Source: an uncultured Planctomycetaceae bacterium
GTDB taxonomy: Bacteria > Planctomycetota > Planctomycetia > Pirellulales > PALSA-1355
Length of the DNA: 64,000 nucleotides
NCBI GenBank assembly: GCA_963785305.1
Contig: CAWAUV010000002.1
Location: 64,001-128,000, forward strand
Direction of reading: 5' to 3'
In this document: piece after piece, positions 8,787 to 19,084 of the stretch
How the letters are laid out: each line of letters opens with the position of its first letter
Position numbering within the stretch: position 1 is the stretch's first letter
The notes under the pieces: generated by a model
Databases searched by the model: none
The model's input: only the letters and a program-made list of their open reading frames with translations
What the model was told of the DNA's origin: nothing
Translations under genes and position numbers: made by a program

Positions 8787-10621
8787 AGGCAATGGACGAG
8801 CAGCGGATCGAAGAACTTCTGGTGCAGTGGGATGACCAGCAGGCTCAAGGGCGAGATGTCTCGGCCGAGGAATTGTGCCAAGACAGCCCAGAATTGGTGG
8901 ACGAACTTCGGGTACGAATCCGCACGCTCAAAGCCACGTCCTGGTTGGACAAGTCGCCTTCTGAATTCATACCGAAGCCGTCGTCGGCGAACATCGCTCC
9001 CAAGTCGGTTGGCAAATATGAACTGACCGAGCTGGTCGGCGTTGGCGGGTTCGGTGAAGTCTGGAAGGCGTTTGATCCAGACCTTCAGCGTGTCGTAGCA
9101 ATCAAGATTCCCCGACGGGAACGCCTGTCAACGCTTGGACAAACCGGACAGTTCGTGGACGAGGCTCGCAAGGTCGCCCAGCTTCCTCGCCACCCCGGGA
9201 TCGTGCCTGTGTACGACGTGGGACGAGACGGTAACTCCGTTTATATCGTGTCCGACTTCATTGACGGCGGAAATCTGGCCGACCGGATGAAGCAACAGCC
9301 GCTCGACGTTCAATCCTCGCTACGCCTTGTGGCCGCTGTCGCCGATTCTCTGTACCACGCCCATCGCCATCAGGTCATTCATCGGGATATCAAGCCAGCG
9401 AATATCTTGCTTGGCAAAGACGACCAGCCATTTCTCAGCGATTTTGGAATCGCCGTCAAGGAAGACGATGCGGTGTGGCAGCGAGCCACCACGACTGGGA
9501 CGTTGGCATACATGTCGCCGGAGCAGGTAGATGGTCAGGCCGTCAACCACCAGACAGACATCTACGGCCTTGGCGTCGTACTGTATGAACTGCTCACCGG
9601 CAGAGTACCATTCGTCGGTCGGTCGCCAATGGACGTGCGTGAAGCGATCTCGGCTGGAATAGCCAAACCGCCCCGAGCAGTCAACGAGCAGATTCCGAAA
9701 GAAGTCAATCGTATCTGCCTCCAGGCAATGGCTCGGCATCCGGGCGACCGCTACTCCACCGCCAAGGATTTTGCGGACGAACTACGATCCGTATTGGACG
9801 CTGGGAAGAAAGGTCGCTGGCCGTTGGTGTTGGGTGGCTTTATCGTCCTCCTTGCTCTGATGGGATTGGTAGGGCGGTGGCTTTGGACTGCTTGGTCGGA
9901 TGCCCACCAGACGATGGCGAGGATCGATAAGCAGAACCAAGCCATGCAGAAGGAAACTGCATCGATCCTTGCTGAGGCCAGCCCGGAAAATACGATTCGA
10001 GATGTAGCCCTGCACCGAGGGCATGTGCTGTTCGATAAGCAGCGATTCAACGAGGCGTTGGCGGCTTATTCCGAGGCGATTCAGGCTGACCCGACGAGTG
10101 CCGAGGCTTTTCATCGCCGTGGCACTTGCCAGTACAACCTCGGCAATATCAAGGAAGCGATCAGCGATTACGACGAAGCGATTCGGCTGAGTCCCAAGAA
10201 CGCCGAAGCCTACAAGAATCGAGCCTTGGCGAACTTGCGGATCGGACAATTCGACGCAGCTATTGCCGATGCCGAGCAGGGATTCGGCTTCGACGCCACG
10301 GCGGGAAGGGAATATCGTGCGGCGGTGGCATTGGCCCATTCGCACCGAGGCACCCAGCACGATCACGATGGGCAACGACTGGAGGCCGTCGATGATTTTA
10401 CGAAGGCCATCGAATACGAATCGGACAATGCGGCCCTGTTCGACCAAAGAGGCTCCGCATATTTCAATCTCAACCGGCTGGAAGAAGCCATCGCCGATTT
10501 CAGCCGTGCAATCGAGCTGGACGGAACGAACGCCCAGTTTCGTGAGCACCGCAACTATGCCTATGCCGCCCAGGCCAAGGCAAAACAAGCGGAGGCAGAC
10601 GGTGAAGCAACTCGACCCTGA
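8783..10621 (+). CDS. Ser/Thr protein kinase with TM helix and extracytoplasmic TPR repeats
   Basis: GVGGFGEVWKA, VAIK, HRDIKPANILL, DFG, GTLAYMSPEQ; TM near aa 347-370; ~6 TPRs. Confidence 0.95.
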   Translation: MKAMDEQRIEELLVQWDDQQAQGRDVSAEELCQDSPELVDELRVRIRTLKATSWLDKSPSEFIPKPSSANIAPKSVGKYELTELVGVGGFGEVWKAFDPDLQRVVAIKIPRRERLSTLGQTGQFVDEARKVAQLPRHPGIVPVYDVGRDGNSVYIVSDFIDGGNLADRMKQQPLDVQSSLRLVAAVADSLYHAHRHQVIHRDIKPANILLGKDDQPFLSDFGIAVKEDDAVWQRATTTGTLAYMSPEQVDGQAVNHQTDIYGLGVVLYELLTGRVPFVGRSPMDVREAISAGIAKPPRAVNEQIPKEVNRICLQAMARHPGDRYSTAKDFADELRSVLDAGKKGRWPLVLGGFIVLLALMGLVGRWLWTAWSDAHQTMARIDKQNQAMQKETASILAEASPENTIRDVALHRGHVLFDKQRFNEALAAYSEAIQADPTSAEAFHRRGTCQYNLGNIKEAISDYDEAIRLSPKNAEAYKNRALANLRIGQFDAAIADAEQGFGFDATAGREYRAAVALAHSHRGTQHDHDGQRLEAVDDFTKAIEYESDNAALFDQRGSAYFNLNRLEEAIADFSRAIELDGTNAQFREHRNYAYAAQAKAKQAEADGEATRP

Positions 10622-10844
10622 CGGTGAATCAACAATCACTCGGCGAATGCTGCTGGCGGGCTTGGTCCTCTTTGCGACCTCGCCATTCGTTGGCAAGGTA
10701 CGCAGTTTCGTCTTCAAGATCAGGACCGAGAGCGGAAGCATCGTCAGCAATATCCTGATTGAGGCGAACGATCTGGATGCTGCCAAAGCCAAGCTGATGA
10801 AACGCTATCCCGGCTGCACGATCCTGGGTTCGGCCGAGAAGTGA
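10602..10844 (+). CDS. small exported protein (80 aa) with Tat-like signal
   Basis: GGAGG RBS 10591-10595, GTG at 10602, TRRMLL followed by a hydrophobic stretch; overlaps the kinase 3' end. Confidence 0.6.
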   Translation: MKQLDPDGESTITRRMLLAGLVLFATSPFVGKVRSFVFKIRTESGSIVSNILIEANDLDAAKAKLMKRYPGCTILGSAEK

Positions 10845-10880
10845 TTCGACGTTCCGCTCCTGGCCGTTCAATGTCCAGCC

Positions 10881-11074
10881 GAAATTCTTGGCCGCCACCG
10901 TCCGGTTATTGACTTGGCTTCCGCCTATGTAGATAGACGGACTCCCAGCCAACAAGTCAGGATTTCGCCCAAGCCGAACTCTTTTGGCTGCTCATCGGTA
11001 CAATTCGATAAAGGTCGATCAGCCCGACGACAACGCTCGTGAGGAGCTAAACCGGCACTCGTGCGAACGGCTGC
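10881..11074 (+). pseudogene. diverged duplicate of the ECF sigma upstream region plus a remnant of sigma coding sequence
   Basis: Collinear blocks shared with 8024-8144; remnant DDNAREELNRHSCERL vs EDSVREELIRHSCEQL in the intact sigma. Confidence 0.7.
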
Positions 11075-11179
11075 CTTTCTGGGTTTTTATGCTTTAGGAG
11101 TCAATGATGCACAAGCTCGAGAAAGCAAAGGGGTCAGGACTCATTGCTTTCGGGGGCGGTTACTGGTAGGCTGGCGGTC

Positions 11180-11885
11180 ATACCACGAGCCGACGAAGCG
11201 GGCGGCGTCTACCATGCCCTGAATCGAGCGAATGCCCGGGCCAAGATATTCCGCAACGACGCGGATTACGAAGCCTTCGAGCGCGTGCTCGGTGAAGGGC
11301 TCGCGCGGCATGCCGTCGAGTTGTTCGCTTACCAGTTGATGCCCAGCCACTGGCATTCTGGTGTTGCGTCCCTTGCACGATGGCGAGATGAGCCGCTTCT
11401 TGCGCTGGGTCACGGCCACGCACACGATGCGATACCGCGCCCATACGCACACGTCGGGCGAGGGGCATGTGTACCAAGGTCGATTCAAAAGTTTTCCGAT
11501 TCAGGACGACGCGCATTTCTTGGTGGTGTGCCGTTATGTCGAGCGAAATGCGTTGCGGGCCGACTTGGCGCCCCGCGCCGAGCAGTGGCGCTGGGGATCG
11601 CTCTGGCGGTGGCTGCAAAAAACGGAACCGCTTCCCGCCTTGTTGTCGCCTTGGCCGATCCCACGCCTGCCGAATTGGACCAAGAAAGTGAATGAGCCGC
11701 TGGCGGAACGAGAGCTCGCCGCGGTGCGCCGCGCGGCGCGGCGAGGGTCTCCGTTCGGCGAGCCGACTTGGACCGAAGCGACGGCAAGGCGCCTGCGGCT
11801 GACCTCGACCCTACGACCTCGCGGCCGTCCGCAAGTGCATTTTCCCGATACGGCTCCCGACCCTATACCAAACAATGAGTCCTGA
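11180..11885 (+). pseudogene. HUH Y1 tyrosine transposase (RAYT-like), frameshifted near 11357
   Basis: YHALNRAN, LMPSHWH(L)VL HUH motif, GHVYQGRFKS, YVERNALRA; ATA at the expected start. Confidence 0.85.
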
Positions 11886-12079
11886 CCCGTTAGAATTTGC
11901 CGCGGTGCGCCGCGCGGCGCGGCGAGGGTCTCCGTTCGGCGAGCCGACTTGGACCGAAGCGACGGCAAGGCGCCTGCGGCTGACCTCGACCCTACGACCT
12001 CGCGGCCGTCCGCAAGTGCATTTTCCCGATACGGCTCCCGACCCTATACCAAACAATGAGTCCTGACCCGTTAGAATTT
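11718..12079. repeat. 181-bp tandem duplication of the transposase 3' end and right TIR
   Basis: 11718-11898 repeated at 11899-12079; partial third copy GACCCGTTAGAAT at 12084-12096. Confidence 0.95.
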
Positions 12080-12427
12080 GCACGACCCGTTAGAATCTCC
12101 CGATGGCCGGCACACCCTCCCAGGATAAATTCCGACGCGCGTAACTGACCCCGCTGAAATCTACCCCCGAAAATCGTCCGTCGCCCAAACAACTCCAGTG
12201 GCGGCGATGCGCGTTACCGACCCGAATGCGGCATGGTCTTGACGTGGCCGCGGAGGACATGGGCGACGGCCGCCGAGGTTCGCCATTGTCAGCGGCTCCC
12301 ACGGGTCTGCTAATACCGAGTTCGGCGGCAATCGACGCGGAGGGGATCATTTTCCAAGTTGGACCCAGTACAACGCGCGGCTATGCTGGATAGAGGTCCG
12401 GAGGAATCGATTTCCCAGAGCCAAGCA

Positions 12428-15400
12428 ATGAACCATAAGCCCTGCCTTGATTGGCGATCCAAGATCACGTTCCGTGGCGTCTCTCAAGCCGCCAGTTTGC
12501 ATTCCCTGATACGGAGTTGGGGATACGGCCGTCGCCCATTTCTGATCCTTGCCGTGATCGCGCTCCCATGTTGGCTGCGGCCGGCGTCCGGGAATATCGC
12601 CGGGGGCGGCACGGGAGCAGGGCCAGATGTGACAGTGAGCGACAACGGCGAGACGGTGACGATGGCCAACGGCATCGCTTCGATTGTCATCGTGAAGAAG
12701 ACCGGGCGACTCAATTCGGTGGCTTACACCCATGACAACGGCGGCGCAATCGAGACCGACGAAACTCTGAGTGGCAAAGGGCAGTATTACTATGGCGGGT
12801 TCAGTCTGGGAAATGGCGTCTTTGAATACTCGCTAGCCACGGACCCGCAGACCAATGGCGGCAACTGCGTGGATGTGAAGCTGCTCAGTTCCACTGAGAA
12901 GAATGGCGTGATGGAAATTCATTTTTCCATGTTGCGCGGGTCGCCCGGCTTTTACTCCACAGCCACGATGACGCATCGAAAGCAGGATGAACCATTCGAG
13001 GTCGGCGCGTGGGGTGTAATCACCAGGGTTCCGCTGGGGTTCAATTGGCTTAGCGCGGACGACCGGCGGAGTTGGTTCATCGGCGACCCCGCGAAAAGGA
13101 AGGGCGTGACAGTGCCAGATGCACCGCACGAGATTACTGTCTGGCTCGACGGGACACGGGCCGGGCATTACGAGGACAAGTTCATCTGCGGGCAGGACCA
13201 TTCTGATTTGTGCGCCTGGGGATGGAGCAGCGTTGGAGAGAAGGGACTGAATATTGGTCGCTGGATGATGACGACCATGGAATTTAGCAATGGTGGCCCA
13301 TTGAAACGCGATGTGACGGTTGATGCCGCCAGTGGATTGGTCAATTATATGCTCTCGGGCGAAGTTGGAATGGGCTCGGATGGTTTCTTGGATCGAGGCG
13401 AGGTTTGGACGAAGACTTGCGGGCCCTGGTTCATCTATATGAACAGCGTGCCTTCGTCCGTGAAGGACCCGAAGGCGGCGGCGGACCTCCTTTTTTCAGA
13501 CGCGCGGCGCAAGCGGACGCGGAGGCGAAGGCGTGGCCTTATGCATGGTTTAAGAACGAGCATTTCATTCCTTCCTCCCGGCGCGGCGTGGTGAAGGGCA
13601 AAGTCGTCATCAACGACAGCGGGAATCCGAACGCCTCGGCGGCTGGCTTGTGGGTCGGACTTCAAAAGCAACCGCTGACGCACAAAGGCTTCCACGATTT
13701 TCAGAAGTGGTCGAAGACGTATCAATGGTGGGTAAAAACGGAAACGGATGGAAGCTTTACGATTCCGCACGTCCACGCGGGCGAGAATTACTTGCTGTGG
13801 GCATTCGGGCCGGGCGCTTTGGGGACTTTCCTCTCGCGGAAGCTCGAAGGCGGACAGCCGCCGTTCGAATGCAATTTCGCCCCGCAACCGTTCTCGGTCG
13901 ACGTGAATGCGGGAGAGACGAAGCAACTCGGCAACGTCGAGTGGACGCCGGTTCGCTTGGCCGCGACGGTGTTTGAACTGGGAACACCGAACCGCAAGTC
14001 GGACGAGTTCCGCCACGGCGAGGATTACTGGAATCCCGGCACGCCGCCGAAGCTCGGTTTTCCCACGCCGGTCTGGGGCGGGCAGATGGAGTTTCCTTTG
14101 GATTTCCCGAACGGCATGACTTACGCCGTCGGTAAGAGTCAGTGGCCGAAGGACTGGAATTACGTTTTACCCGCAATGGCCGACGCCGTTGGAAACTATC
14201 AGCCTTGCACGGGCACGATCACATTCGATCTGGCAAGGGAACCCGCGAGCGGAGTGCTGGCCTCGCTCTATCTGGCCTTAGCCGGAAACGATGGCGACAA
14301 GGTTATTGTCCGCATAAACGACACCAACCTCGGCGTTGCCGCTGGAGTAATAGCCACGCCGATCGCAATTGCTCCCATGGGTTTCGCCCCCGCGTATTCC
14401 GACACCAGCAGCATTCACTTCAGCGATCACGGCCCTTTCAGCGACGAGCGCATTACCTTTCCCGCGGACCTGCTGCGCGCGGGCAAGAACATGATCACGA
14501 TCACGATGGATACAAGAAAGATGACGGCGTTCCTGATGGTGGATTATCTGCGGTTGGAACTGCCGGGCTACGTGCCGCCTGCGCCCCCGGACGTGGCCGC
14601 GTTTCCCGGAAATAATCGTGTTTTGGTTCGGTGGCCCTTGGTTCCAGGAGCCACGAGCTACGACATCTTGCGCTCCACTAGTCGTGACTCCGGCCATGCG
14701 CCGATTGCCAGCGGCTATGTTGCTCCGGTGTGCGGCAGCGGCTCCATTCATGCGACATTTACAGACGACACGGTCGTAAATGGCACGCGGTATTATTATG
14801 CCGTGAAGTCGGTCAATCCTGGCGGGCAAAGCGTCATTTCGACATCAAACGCCGGGGTGACACCGTCGATGGAGCTCTCTCCCGTCGCTCCGCCCGCGCC
14901 GGGAGATCTTAAAATAGCCAGTTCGGGTCATCACAAAGTCGCGTTGAGTTGGAACGTCGCGCCAACGGCGAACTACTACAGCGTCTGGCGCACGACGCTC
15001 CATACGGATGGCGTCGGCGGCACATATCCCTTGCGGACCGTGCTCCTCGATGACGTGACGACGGACACGAACTACACGGACAATTCGCCGACCGATGGAA
15101 GGATTTACAGCTATCAAGTGACGGCCACGAGCGCCGCCGGGGCCAGCGGCCCGTCAACCGCGGTGACGGCGACGCCCTTGCCGGCGCCACCCGCGACCGC
15201 GCCGGAGTCACTCGCCGGAAAATGGAAGAAAACCAGGAATGGCGACGCCATCACATTGAGTTGGTTGCCTGTTCCGCGTGCGACGGGCTATGTCATTTAC
15301 CGTTCGACGGGAGCCGACCCGTCATTCAAGTGGCCCGTCAATTTTCTGACCGCGATCGTGGAAACCACTTACACCGATCAAGGCAATACCGACAAAGGCG

Positions 15401-15516
15401 CCAAGGTAAAAGGTTTAGATCATGGCGCCGACTATTCCTACCAGGTGACGGCGGTGAATGCTGGCGGCATCTCCCCTTCGACGACGGTTCATGTGGCTCC
15501 TTCGACCGGCAACTGA
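12428..15516 (+). CDS. rhamnogalacturonan endolyase (PL4-like) with three C-terminal Fn3 domains; frameshift near 13505
   Basis: MLRGSPGFYST, GPWFIYMN, AKAWPYAWF, YQWWVKTETDGSFTIPHV, FELGTPNRKSDEF, YAVGKS..KDWNY motifs; Fn3 YYYAVKSVN / YSYQVTA repeats. Confidence 0.8.
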
Positions 15517-15539
15517 TTGTCTCAAGGCCATTCCATGAA

Positions 15540-15706
15540 CTAGTGCTTTGTCACGGCTGAAATGATAGGTAACCCCGTGTGCCATGCCCACGCCCAGCGT
15601 GGGCATGTTTTCGAGCGCCTCGCGAAGTCCTCCTGCCCACGCTGGCCCGTGGGCATGGCACACGGAACGAATCCAATCCATCATTGCAACTGTGACAAAG
15701 CACCAG
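15540..15706. mobile_element. MITE-like element enclosing a REP doublet (copy 1)
   Basis: Imperfect ~25-bp outer IRs (TAGTGCTTTGTCAC.../...GTGACAAAGCACCA); inner 18-bp IR CCGTGTGCCATGCCCACG (15575-15592 / 15648-15665); homologue at 41.2 kb. Confidence 0.75.
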
Positions 15707-15784
15707 GCCCTCACTGTCCACGCGATCCTGCAATTCACACCGCGGACCGCGTCGCAAGCTCCCAGCTAACTGGGCCTGTTGATT

Positions 15785-15866
15785 TAGAGTCTATCCGGGA
15801 ACCCATGAAAGCACGCGTTTTTGCCGGCGATTTCAATGCTGGCGCCCGGTTTCCGGATAGGCTCTA
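15785..15866. mobile_element. tiny MITE (IS5-like ends)
   Basis: IRs GAGTCTATCCGGGAACC / GGTTTCCGGATAGGCTC flanked by TA on both sides. Confidence 0.55.
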
Positions 15867-16040
15867 AGTTCGACTTTTGCACTTTTAAGGGTGCTCAAAC
15901 TGGTCTTCGTAAATAGCGCGAGCCTCCGCGACAATGCTTGGGACTTCACTCTCAGGCATCGAGCAAGGAGGCTCACAGTGGAACTTGTACCCGGCTTCAT
16001 GGCGCTTTTGCAAGGGCTGTCCGCCACAATGACGGCGCCG

Positions 16041-17757
16041 GGGACCAGTTCAGCTTTTGCGGGTTGGGGGGTGGATGTGGAAACGTCAATAGGAGAATTC
16101 GGGTTTTGTGTGGTAAGCTGGGCGAGGTGGATTTGATCGGTGAACGAAACTTGCTTAAGGAGCGCTAGGCATGGACGCCGCGATGCAGGCCCGCGAGGCC
16201 AGGAGGAAGGAACTTTTGCGGGAATTGGCCGAACTGGGAATCGAGGAGATGGTCGAGCAGGGGGTGTTCCTCGGCACGCCGCACTATAGCGTCATCGAGC
16301 GGTATGCTATCACGCTCGGCCGCGAGTTGAGCCGTGAAGCCCAAGAGCGAGCGATGCGTGAAGTCGCCGCGAGCTGCCCGACGGAAGCGAACTGCCCCAC
16401 CTGCGGAGCGTCGTGCGGCGTGCAAACCGCAACGAGGCCGGTCACCAGCCTGGATGGCCGGGTCGAGGTGACCGAGACGACCGCTTACTGCGACCGCTGC
16501 CGGTGGTCTTTTTTTCCCTCAGCGGTTGACGTTGGGACTCGATAGCCGCGAGGTCACGCCCGAGTTGACGCGAGCCGTGGTCTGCCTAGCCGCGGAAGTC
16601 CGTTCGTTCAAGCGCGCGGAAGTGATCACCGAGCAAGTGCTGGGACACAAAGTTCCCTGCAGCACGATTCGGCGTTTGGTGAAACAGGTGGGCCAGGAAC
16701 TGGCCGACGGGAAGGCACTGCCGGCGCCCAGCGACAATAAAAAAGTCGTCAAGGAAGTCGTCGTGCCGGAAGCGGCGGTGGTCTCTTGCGACGGCGGCCG
16801 CATTCGCACGCGCGAGCCGGGCCGGGGACGCGGCGTCGTGCCGTCGGGCGAGAAAGGCTGGCGCGAAACGAAGAACGCTTCGTTCGAGCGAATGTCTCTC
16901 AACCCGCGGCATGTCGCGGACGAAGACGCTTGCCCCGAGTTGCCGACTTCCTTTCGCATCGCGAAAAAAGTGGCGAATATCGCGGAAAAAGCGGTTCCCC
17001 GCCTCGATTCACCCGGCGAAGAATCCGCCGCCGAGAAACCCCGCCGCGTGAAGTACGAAGGCCCGCGGCGCGTGCTGCGCACGGCGCTGAGCAGTATGTC
17101 CTGCTCGGAGGATTTCGGCCCGCTGATGCGGCGCGAAGCCCAGCGGCGCCGGTTCTACGATTCTCCTTTACGGGTCTTCCTCGGTGATGGCCTGAACTGG
17201 AACTGGTCGATCTGGAAAAAACATTTTCCGACGTTCACGCCCGTCCTCGACTTCATTCATGCGATTCAATACGTTTACCGCGCGGCGCTGGCGCTGGCCG
17301 CCAACGATGCGGAGGGTTGGTCGCTCTATCTAAAGTTCGTCACCTGGTGCTGGCAAGGCCAGGTCGATCACGTGATCGACGAGATCAAGCAAGCCTGCCT
17401 CGCCCGGGGCATCGACTGGGAAGATACGAAACCCAGTGACGCGGAGAAACCGCTCGTCGACGCCGTGCGGTACTTGACGAACAATCGCCAGCGGATGGAC
17501 TATCCCAGCTATCGCCGCCTGGGCCTGCCGGTCACCAGCGCGCCGATGGAGTCGCTGATCAAACAGATGAACCTGCGCGTGAAAGGGACCGAAATGTTCT
17601 GGGACGATCCCGACGGAGCGGAAGCGATCTTGCAGCTCCGCGCCGCAGCCCTCAGCGACGACGGCCGGCTCAAGGACTACCTCTCGCAACGCCCCGGCCA
17701 CCCCTTCCACCGCCGCTCCACCCCCCTCGCCACCGCCGCATAAGCTGAACTGGTCCC
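16041..17757 (+). mobile_element. ISKra4-like insertion sequence, copy 1 (1717 bp)
   Basis: IRs GGGACCAGTTCAGCTT; 9-bp target duplication ACGGCGCCG (16032-16040 / 17758-17766). Confidence 0.9.
16171..17743 (+). CDS. ISKra4-like DDE transposase in two frames (16171-16545, 16526-17743)
   Basis: CPTC...CDRC Zn motif, VSCDGG, FLGDGLNWNW, LDFIHA, RMDYPSYRRLGLPVTSAPMESLIKQ. Confidence 0.85.
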
Positions 17758-19084
17758 ACGGCGCCGACTTTCGCGAGTATGACGACGGTTCTGACCGGCT
17801 GGGTCTTCGCCAGTCGCCGCACGGTCACGTGCATGATCGTCGCGGCTGGCGACACGGCGAGTAAGCACTTCTCGTCGTATCACCGTTTGTTCAGCGCGGC
17901 CCGTTGGTCGCGCGACTCGCTCGGGCTGGCCATGTTCGAATTGATCCAGCCGTTTTTGGGAGACGCCGTCTTGCTGGGACTCGACGACACGCTGGCTCGC
18001 AAGCGCGGATTGACGATGTTCGGCGCCGGCATGCACCACGACCCTTTGCTCTCCAGCCGTGGCAAGGTGATTACCAACTGGGGGCATAGTTGGGTCGTGC
18101 TGGGCGTGATTGTCGAATTGCCGTTTCGCAAGGGACATTATTATTGCCTGCCGATCTTGTTTCGCCTGTACTTGAACAAGAAGAGCGCCGCCAAGCATCG
18201 GCGCCCATATCGCACCCGGCCGGAATTGGCGGTCGAGATGCTCGACGTGTTGTGCAACCACCACAAAAGCCGCCGTTTTCACGTCGTCGCCGACAGCGCC
18301 TATGGCGGTCGGAGCTTGCTCTGCTTCTTGCCGACGAATTGCGATTTGACCAGCCGACTCGTAAAGGACGCTCGCTTGTACGGGCCGCCGCCGGGGCGCG
18401 AAGCGAGAACCAATGGCCGACCGCGGAAGTTCGGCCAACGACTTCCCACGCCGGGGGCAATGCTCAAGGGACGCTGTCGTCGCGCGACCCTGAATATCTA
18501 CGGGCGGCGCGAAACAGCCCGCTTGACGGAGCAAGTGGCCCACATGCATGCCGCTCCCCAACGGCCGGTTCGCGTGGTGGCGGCACCCGCCCTCGAAGGC
18601 GGCCGCGGGCAAGAGGCATTCTATTCCACTCGCTCCGAAGCAACCGCCGAACAAGTGATCGCTTGGTACGCGATGCGCTGGAGCATCGAAGTCACGAACC
18701 ACGACAGTAAGCAATACTTGGGATTTGAACAACCGCAAGGCTGGACACATCGCGCGGTCGAGCGGACGGCTCCGATGGCCATGTTGTTGTACAGCCTGAT
18801 CGTGTTGTGGTTTGCCCGCGAGGGTCATCGCAATTGGCGTCCGATGCTCCACCCTTGGCACGCGTCGAAGACGCAACCGTCATTCGCCGACATGCTCGGC
18901 ACGCTCCGACGGCTTAGCGTGCGCCAACAGGTTTTAACGTTGGCGCCTTCAGGGGCCAGGGTCGCGAAAAATCCAACGACTCCTGGAAAACGCCGTGGCA
19001 ATGGCCGCATAAAATGCAAAAGTCGAAGTCAGTGGGAGCGATCCCAGTTGGCCCGCGTCAACCCGCCCATGCCGGTTTTCAGGA

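Larger units (their letters stand above)
11130..12096 (+). mobile_element. TIR-flanked tyrosine (Y1/RAYT-like, TIRYT-type) transposase element
   Basis: 16-bp perfect IR GGGTCAGGACTCATTG (11131-11146) / CAATGAGTCCTGACCC (11873-11888); left end fits GGGGWSAS. Confidence 0.8.
15978..19012 (+). pseudogene. IS701-like DDE transposase, interrupted after codon 21
   Basis: AAGGAGG RBS + GTG 15978; ...SATMTAP|TFASMTTVLTGW rejoins across the insertion; LGLDDT, VVADSAYG, YAMRWSIEVTNHDSKQYLG. Confidence 0.85.
15869..19027 (+). mobile_element. IS701-like insertion sequence carrying a nested IS
   Basis: IRs TTCGACTTTTGCA (15869-15881 / 19015-19027); 1433 bp once the nested element and one target copy are removed. 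Confidence 0.8.

Noticed and set aside
11718..12096. CRISPR-like array
   Set aside because: Contiguous duplication with no unique spacers and no cas genes.
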